Assembly: GCA_963726265.1 (NCBI GenBank)
Contig: CAVSBQ010000002.1
Coordinates: 1,030,533-1,094,532, forward strand
Direction: 5' to 3'
Source of the DNA: Candidatus Aenigmatarchaeota archaeon
Lineage (GTDB): Archaea > Aenigmatarchaeota > Aenigmatarchaeia > QMZP01 > QMZT01
DNA: 64,000 nucleotides
The translations under genes were made by a program, and so were the position numbers. A model generated the notes under the pieces. That model searched no databases, was not told the DNA's origin, and saw only the letters and a program-made list of their open reading frames with translations. Of the stretch, positions 9,171-17,809 are shown piece after piece (position 1 is the first letter of the stretch; each line of letters starts with the position of its first letter).

Positions 9171-9833
9171 TCAAACATTCGAAGCGCTGTCTGCCCTCTC
9201 CCTTATGAGCCTGAGCATCTTTGCAGGGTCATCGCTGCCGAATATCGCCGACCCGGCGACTAGCACGCTCGCGCCGGCTTTCGCGGCGTCAGCGCAGTTG
9301 TCCTTGTTTATGCCGCCGTCGACTTCGATCTCGAAGCCGAGATTTTTGGCCGCTGCGATGTCCCTGAGCTTCGTTACCTTCGGAAGCGCCTGAGGCATGA
9401 ACTGTTGACCACCAAACCCAGGTTCGACCGTCATTATCAGGACCAGGTCGACGCTGGAGAGCACGCCTTCAATCGCCCTCACATCGGTCCCGGGTTTTAT
9501 GGAGACGCCTACCCTGCATCCGGCCTTCCTGACCGCGTCTATCGCCGCCCTCAGATTCGCACACGCCTCGGCATGTATGGTTATGAAGTCCGCGCCCGCC
9601 TTGGCGAACGCTTCCACGTATTTTTCCGGATGCTCGATCATGAGGTGGACGTCGAGAACCTGCTTCGTTATCCTGCGCAGCGCTTTCACTACTAGCGGGC
9701 CTATCGTTATGTTCTTTACGAAGTGCCCGTCCATGACGTCGATGTGCAGCCACTCCGCTTCCCTGACCTTGCCGATTTCCTTCGCTAAACAGGAGAAATC
9801 TGCCGAAAGGATGGAAGGCGCTATCTTGACCAT
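9171..9833 (-). CDS. rpe: Ribulose-phosphate 3-epimerase
   Basis: IAPSILSADF, HIDVMDGHFV, DVHLM, MTVEPGFGGQ and EVDGGIN motifs. Confidence 0.97.
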   Translation of the reverse strand: MVKIAPSILSADFSCLAKEIGKVREAEWLHIDVMDGHFVKNITIGPLVVKALRRITKQVLDVHLMIEHPEKYVEAFAKAGADFITIHAEACANLRAAIDAVRKAGCRVGVSIKPGTDVRAIEGVLSSVDLVLIMTVEPGFGGQQFMPQALPKVTKLRDIAAAKNLGFEIEVDGGINKDNCADAAKAGASVLVAGSAIFGSDDPAKMLRLIRERADSASNV

Positions 9834-9934
9834 TTTAGAGAATTGCCGTCCTGCTTTAAAAATCAAATGAGACATGGGCGAGGCATTATGGCTTTAAAAA
9901 ATTTACTTCCAATTTAAATCTTAAAGGTGTCGGA

Positions 9935-10252
9935 ATGCCAGGAATATCACAGACAGAAGATGGTAACGTCAGAATCCCCGTTGAACGCAGGTTTGAACGG
10001 CATCCCAGATATCCGCACAAATTCACCTTCAGGCCTTATGCCATTCTCGGAGAAGGCTCCGAAGCCGTTGAGATAGCTGCAGACTTCGGTCCGATAGGAC
10101 GTAGCGAAAGTTATAAATGGTATTTTAAAATCCAAGGCGAGCAATATCCAGTCCTCTCAGAGGGCATCCCCGTGCTCAACGAAAGGAATCATCACATATT
10201 CCTGAAAGGCGATGTTTATAAAAAATTGATCCAACATCCTGCTGAAAAATAA
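9935..10252 (+). CDS. Hypothetical protein (AT-rich orphan)
   Basis: 105-aa ORF with an upstream GGTG RBS-like element; atypical codon usage. Confidence 0.6.
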   Translation: MPGISQTEDGNVRIPVERRFERHPRYPHKFTFRPYAILGEGSEAVEIAADFGPIGRSESYKWYFKIQGEQYPVLSEGIPVLNERNHHIFLKGDVYKKLIQHPAEK

Positions 10253-10290
10253 AATTATCAATTTTTATAGAGGCAGGCGAAACTATTAGC

Positions 10291-10747
10291 ATGAAGATTG
10301 CTATAGGTTCCGATCATGCAGGCTTTGAGCTGAAGGAAAAGCTCAAGGAATTTCTTACAGTCGAACGGCTACCACTTCGAGGACTTCGGCACGAATTCGA
10401 CGGATGCGACTGACTACCCGGAATACGCGAAGAAGGTCGCGGAAGCCGTGCTTGGCGGATTCGAGTTCGGGATTCTCATATGCGGCTCCGGGATCGGGAT
10501 GAGCATCGCCGCGAACAAGTTCCCCGGCATCCGCGCTGCGTTCTGCATGAACCACGACCTTGCGAAGGCTAGCCGCGAGCACAACAACGCGAACGTCCTG
10601 ACGCTCGGCGCGAGGTTCACGACCGACCTGGAAGCTAAGAAGATAGTGAAGGCGTTCTTGGAGACGAAATTCAGCGGGGAAGAGCGCCACATAAACCGGC
10701 TGAAGAAGCTCGCGGAAATCGAGACGATTTTCCAGGCGAGGAAATAG
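10291..10747 (+). CDS. rpiB: Ribose-5-phosphate isomerase B, interrupted by a +1 frameshift at about 10357
   Basis: MKIAIGSDHAG in one frame; DYP, GILICGSGIGMSIAANK and HNNANVL in the next. Removing one base gives a 151-aa ORF. Confidence 0.93.
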
Positions 10748-10815
10748 CGGGCACCAGCCGCAGAAGATAGCTTTTTATAGTATGATTAAATAATACTTGG
10801 TATGAAGGTGGCGGC

Positions 10816-11658
10816 ATGAAAGAGAGAATAACGCTCACGATAGACAGGAAAATTCTGAACAGGCTCGACACGATGGTCGATGGCCTTGACGTCCGCAACC
10901 GTTCGCATGCGATAGAGCTCGTGCTTTCGAAATACCTCAGCATGCGCGAGTTGAAGACCGCGCTGATTCTGTGCGGCGGCGAGGGCACGCGGCTGCGACC
11001 GATAACCTACGAGATTCCCAAGACGCTCGTCCCCATACAGGGCAGGCCGCTCATAGAGCACATGTTCGACCTGCTCAGGAAATACGGCGTAAGCGACGTC
11101 ATTCTCTCCGTAGGGTATCTCAAGGAAAAGATAATCGCCAAGAAGGGCAACTGGTCGAACCTGGGCATGGACATCTCCTTCGTCGAGGAGTCGCTTCCCC
11201 TGGGCACGGGCGGGCCGCTCAGGCTCGCGAAGGAGCGGCTTAACAAGACGTTCATCGTTTCGAATGGCGACGAGCTCATGGACATCAACATAGCGCAGAT
11301 GTACGAGGCGCACAAGAGGAACAGGGCGCTGGTCACCATCGCCCTGACGACGATAGAGGACCCGACCCAGTACGGAGTCGCGCGCCTCGAGGGCGGCAAG
11401 ATAATCGAGTTCGTCGAGAAGCCAAGCAAAGGCAGGGCGCCCTCGAACCTCATAAACGCCGGCTTCTACATAATGGAGCCGGAGGTCGTCGAGATGATAC
11501 CCAAAGGCGCATGCTCGCTAGAGAACGAGATCTTTCCCAAGCTCGCGAAGATGGGCAGGCTGTTCGGCTTCCCGTTCGCCGGCCAGTGGTTCGACGCGGG
11601 CACGCTGGAGCGCTACGACAAGGCGCTGAAGGGCTGGAAGGGCGTCAGGACGGATTAA
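10816..11658 (+). CDS. Sugar-phosphate nucleotidyltransferase with an N-terminal ribbon-helix-helix domain
   Basis: RITLTIDRKILNRLD...NRSHAIE (RHH) fused to LILCGGEGTRLRPIT..PK (NTP_transferase). Confidence 0.9.
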   Translation: MKERITLTIDRKILNRLDTMVDGLDVRNRSHAIELVLSKYLSMRELKTALILCGGEGTRLRPITYEIPKTLVPIQGRPLIEHMFDLLRKYGVSDVILSVGYLKEKIIAKKGNWSNLGMDISFVEESLPLGTGGPLRLAKERLNKTFIVSNGDELMDINIAQMYEAHKRNRALVTIALTTIEDPTQYGVARLEGGKIIEFVEKPSKGRAPSNLINAGFYIMEPEVVEMIPKGACSLENEIFPKLAKMGRLFGFPFAGQWFDAGTLERYDKALKGWKGVRTD

Positions 11659-11679
11659 AAAACAGTCTATAACCATATC

Positions 11680-12045
11680 TTATTTGCTATATTTTTCAAT
11701 TTCCTCTTCGACAAGTTTTAAACGATTTTTTGCAATTCTGAGATGCCTTTTAAAATTATCCATAAGTTCGATTGCACGTTTCTCTCCAAAGTCATGTTGC
11801 TTTAGCAGGTCAATGGCGGTCGTGCAGCTTTCGATATAATGAAGAGCATATATTTCACAATCATCTATTTCATCTTCAACATAGCATTTTTTACTCACTG
11901 TTAATTTTCCCGAAGATATCCATTTTATGTCTATGGTTATCTGGCCTGGCGGAGGGTTGCTTTCTAAGCGGGCTCTAAGTTCTTCGAACCTTCTTTCGAA
12001 ATAACTCTTTACGACGTCCATGTTGATGTTTCTGTATTTTTCCAT
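11680..12045 (-). CDS. Hypothetical protein (AT-rich orphan)
   Basis: 121-aa ORF with its own TATA-like element upstream. Confidence 0.6.
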   Translation of the reverse strand: MEKYRNINMDVVKSYFERRFEELRARLESNPPPGQITIDIKWISSGKLTVSKKCYVEDEIDDCEIYALHYIESCTTAIDLLKQHDFGEKRAIELMDNFKRHLRIAKNRLKLVEEEIEKYSK

Positions 12046-12208
12046 AAAGCAGATTTGGAGCTAAAATTTAAATATACTACTTTTAAGTAGAATATGATTA
12101 AAACTCATAATTTCAAAACCCAGAATCGAAAAGAGGCACATATTTAAACCAATATCATTATATATAAGGAATATAATACGGATGACAGCGTGATTTCAGA
12201 GTGATATT

Positions 12209-12733
12209 ATGGGCATAAGACCTGCGAAGTGCTACAGGAAGCTTGAGAGGCCGAATACGCGAATCTCGATATCCAAGCCGAAGAAAGGGTATGTGAAAGG
12301 TGTTCCGCCGTCGAAGATACACAGGTTCGACGCGGGCGTCAACAAGCCCGAGTTCACGTTGAGCATGTTCCTTGTCGCCAAGAACGCGGTCCAGATCAGG
12401 AGCAACGCGCTTGAGGCCATGAGGCTGGCTGCTTCCAAGACGATGGAAAAGCCGCTCGGGCCGGACGGCTATTTCGTCAGGCTGCTCATTTTCCCGCACC
12501 ACGTCCTCAGGGAGAATCCTCTAGCGACGGGAGCAGGAGCGGACAGGTTCCAGACGGGCATGCGCCAATCGTTTGGCAGGCCCATAGGGACCGCGGCGCG
12601 CATAACGAAAAACCAGCGGATTCTCGAGGCGAGGATTGCGCCGGCGAACGAAATGGCATGCAGGAAGGCGCTGAAAGTCGCTTCTTCGAAGGTGCCTAGT
12701 CCATGCTACGTAGTCCGGGTAGAAAGGAAATAA
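12209..12733 (+). CDS. rpl10e: 50S ribosomal protein uL16 (L10e)
   Basis: RPAKCYR, QIRSNALEAMR, HHVLREN and GADRFQTGMRQSFGRPIG motifs. Confidence 0.97.
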   Translation: MGIRPAKCYRKLERPNTRISISKPKKGYVKGVPPSKIHRFDAGVNKPEFTLSMFLVAKNAVQIRSNALEAMRLAASKTMEKPLGPDGYFVRLLIFPHHVLRENPLATGAGADRFQTGMRQSFGRPIGTAARITKNQRILEARIAPANEMACRKALKVASSKVPSPCYVVRVERK

Positions 12734-12743
12734 AAATAAAAAA

Positions 12744-12763
12744 GGGAAACGTTACCGTTTCCC
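12744..12763. terminator. Hairpin between convergent genes
   Basis: GGGAAACG-TTAC-CGTTTCCC perfect 8-bp stem. Confidence 0.5.
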
Positions 12764-12783
12764 CGTTCAACGCTTTTTCTAAC

Positions 12784-13047
12784 CTATCTTATTAGGCCAG
12801 CAAACACTGCCCAAAGCACCCCGACCAATAAGAAGAGCCACCCGAGAAATTCGAACAGGTATAAACCGTAGATTCCGACTCCTCCTGCCAGTGCGAGGAA
12901 GCTAGCGTTGAACGCCAACGCCAACAAGAAGAAAATCCCCGCGGCTGCGATAAAGTTAAACTGTCTCTCTGCTTTAGTGCGGATTTTTGCGTATTCTGCG
13001 AATACTGGTGCGAGCAATGTCGCAATGGCGAACCATACGTCTACCAT
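12784..13047 (-). CDS. Small hydrophobic membrane protein
   Basis: 87 aa with about three transmembrane segments. Confidence 0.7.
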   Translation of the reverse strand: MVDVWFAIATLLAPVFAEYAKIRTKAERQFNFIAAAGIFFLLALAFNASFLALAGGVGIYGLYLFEFLGWLFLLVGVLWAVFAGLIR

Positions 13048-13135
13048 ATTGACACCCCTTAATTAAATATTTGCCGCCGACCCCCATATAAATGTTAGCC
13101 CGGGCCCAAAGCGGCCCTGGGCCGGCCGGAACGGC

Positions 13136-13954
13136 TCAGAAATATACTTCTATGCCCGCGGCGATAGCGATGAACATCGCCCCAAGGAGGATTATCTTGA
13201 GCGAGTCGAAGAATATGATCTTCAGTATTTCGGAGCTCCTGCATCTCAATATCGCCGCGGATATGAGGCTGCCCGCGAGGCCTGCGCAGAGGTAGCCCAC
13301 GACCTCGGGTATGCCGTGCGGCAGGAAGGTGAGCGAGACTATGGGTATCTCGTAAACCGTCTTGGAGAGCTCGCCTATGCACACGCCCAGTATCGAGGCG
13401 TTCCAGACGATTATGAAGACCGCGCCGGCGCTGAACAGCAGAGCGAATATGAAGGCGAATATCATGACCTCGAGGTTGTTCGAAAGGACTGCCATGAAGG
13501 ACGTAAACGTCCCCTTGGTTATGCTGCCCGTTATGCTCCCCGAAACGGCGGAGCGTATGTCGAGTATCTTCACCAGCTGCACCTGGAAGAAGTCCTCGGG
13601 CAGGACGAAAGACCAGACGGCGAAGGCCGCGGTCACGCCGAGGAAGTAGAACAGGAACATCAGGATATCCTTCTCATGGCGCCTGAAGAAGTCCTTCTGG
13701 TAATGTCGCCTGCATTCTTCTTCCTCGATTTCCTCCTCCTTGTTCACGACCACGGTGAGGAAATAGACGGACGGGATTATGGTGAAGATGACGGCGAACA
13801 TGCCGGTGAGGTTGAACGAGACGTTGGAGATGGTCACCTTGTAGAAGAGCTGCGTCGAAAGCAGGATGCCGACGGTCGAAATAAGCAGCGCCCAGATGAA
13901 CGTCAGGTAAGGCGATTTGTCGACCTCCCTGAAGTCGAGGATGGATTCGAGCAT
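13136..13954 (-). CDS. Stage II sporulation protein M (SpoIIM)-family membrane protein
   Basis: NNLEV, WNASILG and LPHGIPEVVGYLCAGLAG motifs. Confidence 0.85.
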   Translation of the reverse strand: MLESILDFREVDKSPYLTFIWALLISTVGILLSTQLFYKVTISNVSFNLTGMFAVIFTIIPSVYFLTVVVNKEEEIEEEECRRHYQKDFFRRHEKDILMFLFYFLGVTAAFAVWSFVLPEDFFQVQLVKILDIRSAVSGSITGSITKGTFTSFMAVLSNNLEVMIFAFIFALLFSAGAVFIIVWNASILGVCIGELSKTVYEIPIVSLTFLPHGIPEVVGYLCAGLAGSLISAAILRCRSSEILKIIFFDSLKIILLGAMFIAIAAGIEVYF

Positions 13955-14054
13955 ATTAATTTATTGTCGGCGGGCTCTTTTATATCCCAGCCGGCTGGCT
14001 GCATCCCCCGGCTTTCTCAAAGTGTTTTAAGCCGGGAAGGACCAATTATAAAAC

Positions 14055-14759
14055 ATGAAGTTCGGTTCTCTGAGCCTCAAGATTCACGGCAAACCAAAGA
14101 ACCCGGAAACGAATCCGGAAACCCCGGCGAAGACCGAGGGCAAGAAGAGAAAGCCCAAGAAATACGTCGAGGACATAAGGTCGGTTGCCGACATATTCAA
14201 GGAGCTGAAGGCGGAAAAAGCGAAGGAGAGGTTCGCAGTCCTGTGCGTGGGCAACGACATGAAGGGCGACGACGGGGTGGGCTTTTACGCCGGCGACCTG
14301 CTGAGCAGGGAGCTTGGCAAGGACGCGGATTTCATGGTGCTCAGGACGTCCGTCCCGGAAAACCACGTCAGGGAGATAAGGGACTTCGTCCCCACGCTGC
14401 TCATAATAATCGACTGCGCGGACTTCGGGAAAAGGCCGGGCAGCATCAGGGTCATAAAGGAATACCAGATAAGCGACACGTTCATCTCGACCCACACGAC
14501 CCCGCTCACGCTTTTTCTGCGCCTCTACCAGGCAGACGAGCCTGTCAGGAAAGCGGTCATCCTGATAGGCATACAGAAGAAGAGCAACGAGTTCGGCCAG
14601 CCCATGAGCGCGCCGGTGAAGAAGGCCGGGAAAAGGGTCGCGGATACGATAATAACGCTATACGGTGATGGCCTGCTGGGCATTTCGCTCGAGAAGGAGA
14701 TCGCCTATCTCTCGAACCCCATCAGGAATTTCCTCAGGTTTTTCAGAAGGAAAAAATGA
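14055..14759 (+). CDS. hycI: Hydrogenase maturation endopeptidase (HycI-like)
   Basis: LCVGNDMKGDDGVG, VPEN, IIDCADFG and STHTTPL motifs. Confidence 0.92.
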   Translation: MKFGSLSLKIHGKPKNPETNPETPAKTEGKKRKPKKYVEDIRSVADIFKELKAEKAKERFAVLCVGNDMKGDDGVGFYAGDLLSRELGKDADFMVLRTSVPENHVREIRDFVPTLLIIIDCADFGKRPGSIRVIKEYQISDTFISTHTTPLTLFLRLYQADEPVRKAVILIGIQKKSNEFGQPMSAPVKKAGKRVADTIITLYGDGLLGISLEKEIAYLSNPIRNFLRFFRRKK

Positions 14760-14781
14760 AGGCAGAAAACAGAAAAATGGA

Positions 14782-15120
14782 TTATTTTTTGTGATGCTCG
14801 GCGAACTTATGCCTGTCATGCGCGGCGAGCTCGAACCTGTCCGAGTTGTTCACTGACTTCGGCTTTGTGGGGCACACGTCATGGCAGCGTCCGCAGAAGA
14901 TGCACTTGCCTATGTCTATGGACCAGCTCTCCTCCACCTTGTTTATCGCTATCGCGTTGGTCGGGCAGCTTATGGCGCAGAGCATGCAGAAGGTGCACGT
15001 TTCCCTGTTCCATTCGACCTTGCCGCGGAAGCCTGGCGGAAGCAGCGGTCGCGTCTTGGGATAGCGCCTCGTCGACGGTCTCGAAAAAAGCCTTTTCACA
15101 GCCTCAGGCATCAGCTTCAT
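14782..15120 (-). CDS. 2x[4Fe-4S] subunit of a group-4 hydrogenase (NuoI/EchF/HycF-like)
   Basis: TRRYP...RGK, CTFCMLCAISCP and CIFCGRCHDVCP. Confidence 0.92.
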   Translation of the reverse strand: MKLMPEAVKRLFSRPSTRRYPKTRPLLPPGFRGKVEWNRETCTFCMLCAISCPTNAIAINKVEESWSIDIGKCIFCGRCHDVCPTKPKSVNNSDRFELAAHDRHKFAEHHKK

Positions 15121-15153
15121 TACATCACCACGTTTCCGATATCATTCCAGCAC

Positions 15154-16065
15154 TCAATACATTCCTATCATCACGCGCACCAGGTCTATCAGCGCGAGCG
15201 GCGCGATCACGAACCAGTAAAGCCTCAGTGCCTGCGCGATCCTCATCCTGGCGAAAATCACCCTGAAAAGCGCGAACAGCATGAGGATTGCGAACGAGTA
15301 GACGGCGAAAGACAAGACGCCGTCCGCGCCCATGAACATGACCGCCCCGAGCGATATGAGCACCCAGAAGCTCGCCGCCCTTGCCAGCTCGAACAGCGCG
15401 AGCCTCGGCCCGCTATACTCCGTCGTGGGGCCTGCGACTATCTCCTGCTCAGCATCCGGGATGTGGAACGGAGGAAGAGCAAGCTTGCCCAGCGCGCCGA
15501 GCATAAAGGCGGCGAAGGTGAACGGGAAGGCTAGCGCGGAAAACGGGGCTATCTGGAAACCGGTGAGCAGGCCTAGCGTGACCAGCGAGATTATGAACGG
15601 GAACTCGTAGGCGAAGAGCTGCGTCACCTCCCTTATGCTCCCGACGGATGCGAATGGGTTTCCTGCAGCGAAGCCCGAGATGGCGAAGAACGCGGACGCC
15701 GTGACGAGGAAGTATATCACCACGAACAGGCTTCCCGGGAAAGTGACGAGCTGGAAGCCGACTATCGGTATGAACATCGCGACAGTGAGCATCGCCGCGA
15801 ACGACACGATGGGACAAAGGGTGGCCAGCATGCCGACCGCGTCTTTGGTCGTGATGTTCTCCTTTGACATGAGCTTGAAGAAGTCGAGGAACGGCTGGCG
15901 GATTGGCGGCCCCACGCGGTGATGCATGCGCGCCGCGACCTTGCGCAGCACGCCCATGTAGAAAAATCCGATTATGAAAGCCGCAGCGAAACCGGGGAAT
16001 ACGAGGGTCTGGAAAAGAATCTGCGCAAGCTGTCCGCTCGCGAACGTGAGCGCTTCAATGGCCAT
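15154..16065 (-). CDS. Membrane subunit of a group-4 hydrogenase (NuoH/EchB/HycD-like)
   Basis: RKVAARMHHRVGPP..QPFLDFFKLMSKE, PFHIPDAEQEIVAGPTTEYSG. Confidence 0.93.
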   Translation of the reverse strand: MAIEALTFASGQLAQILFQTLVFPGFAAAFIIGFFYMGVLRKVAARMHHRVGPPIRQPFLDFFKLMSKENITTKDAVGMLATLCPIVSFAAMLTVAMFIPIVGFQLVTFPGSLFVVIYFLVTASAFFAISGFAAGNPFASVGSIREVTQLFAYEFPFIISLVTLGLLTGFQIAPFSALAFPFTFAAFMLGALGKLALPPFHIPDAEQEIVAGPTTEYSGPRLALFELARAASFWVLISLGAVMFMGADGVLSFAVYSFAILMLFALFRVIFARMRIAQALRLYWFVIAPLALIDLVRVMIGMY

Positions 16066-17236
16066 GATGACCTCCGCCTCTCATGTGCTGGATTTCGTGC
16101 TTTGTCATTATCCTTTCCTTGCGGGTTTTCTCGTCGACGACAGTCACCCTGTCCGTGCACGAAAGGCACGGGTCGAGCGACGCGATTATCACAGGAACGT
16201 CCGCTATCTCATACCCCTTCAGGACGTCGTCCAGGATGTGGAAGGTCTGGTAGGTGGGCGTGCGTATCTTGACCCTGTCCGGCTTTTCACCTGCCGACTT
16301 GAGATAATAAAAGAGTTCGCCCCTCGGCGCTTCCACGCGCGAAACGGTTTCGAGGCCTTCCTTAATATTTATCGCAGGCGGAAGTCTGAGTGTGATGTCG
16401 CCTTTCACTTTCTCCATCTGGTAAATAGAGTCGCGTATCATGCGCGAAGATTCCAGGCATTCCCTGAGGCGAAGGAGGCAGCGCTCCATGGCGTCGCCGC
16501 CCTGGCCAGTGACGGCCTTGAACTTCAGGTTTTTGTAGGCGAAGTAGCCAGTCTCCCTGACATCGTAATCAAGCCCTGACGCGCGCAGGTTCGGGCCGAC
16601 CGGGCTCAGCTCCTTCGCTTTCCGCGTGGAAAGGTAGCCGACGTGGCGGGTCCTGTTCCTGACAGAGGAGTCGTCCCTGAAGACGCCGAGATAATGCCTT
16701 ATCCTTTCGTCGAGTCTGTCCAGCGCTTTCAAAGTCTTCGCGGCGTTCTCGAGGCTTATGTCCTGCCTGACGCCGCCTATCACGTTCATCACGAAGTGGA
16801 CGCGGTTGCCCGTGAGCAGTTCCTGGCAGTCCATGACCAGCTCGCGGTCGCGGAACATGTAGTGAAAAAGAGTGTCGAGACCCATCTCCCACGCGACGAG
16901 GCCGAGGCAGAGCATGTGCGAGTGCAGGCGCTCGAGCTCGCCGATTATGACGCGGATATATTGCGCGCGCTCCGGGATTTCGGCTCCCATCAGGCTCTCG
17001 ATGCCCTGGCAGTAGCATGACGTGTGGTAATGGCCGCAGATGCCGCACACGCGCTCGCTCAGGTAAACTCCTTTCGCCCAAGGACGCGCTTCGAACGACT
17101 TCTCGATGCCCTTGTGGTTGTATCCCAGGACGAGCTCCGAGCCGACGATTGTTTCCCCGTCGACCCGGAGCTTTATGTGCACCGGCTCTGCGAGCGCCGG
17201 GTGCTGCGGGCCGAAAGGCAGGACGTAATCGTGCAT
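16055..17236 (-). CDS. Group-4 [NiFe]-hydrogenase large subunit (EchE/HycE/MbhL-like)
   Basis: GPQHP N-terminus, L1 motif ERVCGICG, VEAPRGE, L2 motif DPCLSCTDR, then a cleavable C-terminal tail. Confidence 0.94.
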   Translation of the reverse strand: MHDYVLPFGPQHPALAEPVHIKLRVDGETIVGSELVLGYNHKGIEKSFEARPWAKGVYLSERVCGICGHYHTSCYCQGIESLMGAEIPERAQYIRVIIGELERLHSHMLCLGLVAWEMGLDTLFHYMFRDRELVMDCQELLTGNRVHFVMNVIGGVRQDISLENAAKTLKALDRLDERIRHYLGVFRDDSSVRNRTRHVGYLSTRKAKELSPVGPNLRASGLDYDVRETGYFAYKNLKFKAVTGQGGDAMERCLLRLRECLESSRMIRDSIYQMEKVKGDITLRLPPAINIKEGLETVSRVEAPRGELFYYLKSAGEKPDRVKIRTPTYQTFHILDDVLKGYEIADVPVIIASLDPCLSCTDRVTVVDEKTRKERIMTKHEIQHMRGGGHHGH

Positions 17237-17265
17237 ATAATTAATTCAACGCCTGATTATAAGTA

Positions 17266-17363
17266 TTTTTTACAATTGCAAAAAAATGCGAGCAATCGTC
17301 AATTGTAAAATTGCAAATTTACAGATATGACAAATGCGAAAAATCAATTGTAAATTTACAATT
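17266..17363. promoter_or_regulatory. Cluster of CAATTG/TGTAAA palindromes upstream of the hydrogenase operon
   Basis: TTTTTTACAATTGCAAAAAA near-palindrome (17266-17285); perfect 18-bp AATTGTAAATTTACAATT (17346-17363); imperfect tandem AAATGCGA...CAATTGTAAA twice. Confidence 0.6.
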
Positions 17364-17436
17364 ATGAAAAATCAAGAAATATTAAGAAAGGTAAAAATAA
17401 TAAAAAGGCTGAAAGGAAAACCGGGAATGTCCTGTC

Positions 17437-17760
17437 TCACGCCACGTTCGAGCCGACCTCAGCGTCTGGGTCGACCGTGACCAGCTTGATGTCGTCGTTC
17501 TTGACGGCAGCGAGCAGCATCCCTTCCGAGGTCACGCCTTTTATGGTCGCCGGCCTAAGGTTAGTGACAACGATTATCTTCTTGCCCGGCAGCTTTGCCT
17601 TCTTGTAGCTGTTTTTTAGCCCCGCCACCAGCGTTATCTGCCTGCCGCCGATGTCGACCTCAAGCTTGTATAAGTTGTCAGAGCCCGCGATGTCGTCCAC
17701 CCTCAATATCTCCCCGACCTTCATCTCTATCTTCTCAAAATCCTTCATCTCTATGGCCAT
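17437..17760 (-). CDS. Stand-alone tRNA-binding OB-fold protein (MetRS C-terminal / Trbp111 / CsaA-like)
   Basis: DFEKIEMKVGEI, KLYKLEVDIG-like segment, VVTNLRPATIKGVTSEGMLLAA. Confidence 0.92.
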   Translation of the reverse strand: MAIEMKDFEKIEMKVGEILRVDDIAGSDNLYKLEVDIGGRQITLVAGLKNSYKKAKLPGKKIIVVTNLRPATIKGVTSEGMLLAAVKNDDIKLVTVDPDAEVGSNVA

Positions 17761-17809
17761 GATAATCACCTTATAATAGGTTTTTCGGTTCCTGCTTTAA
17801 ATTGTTTGT

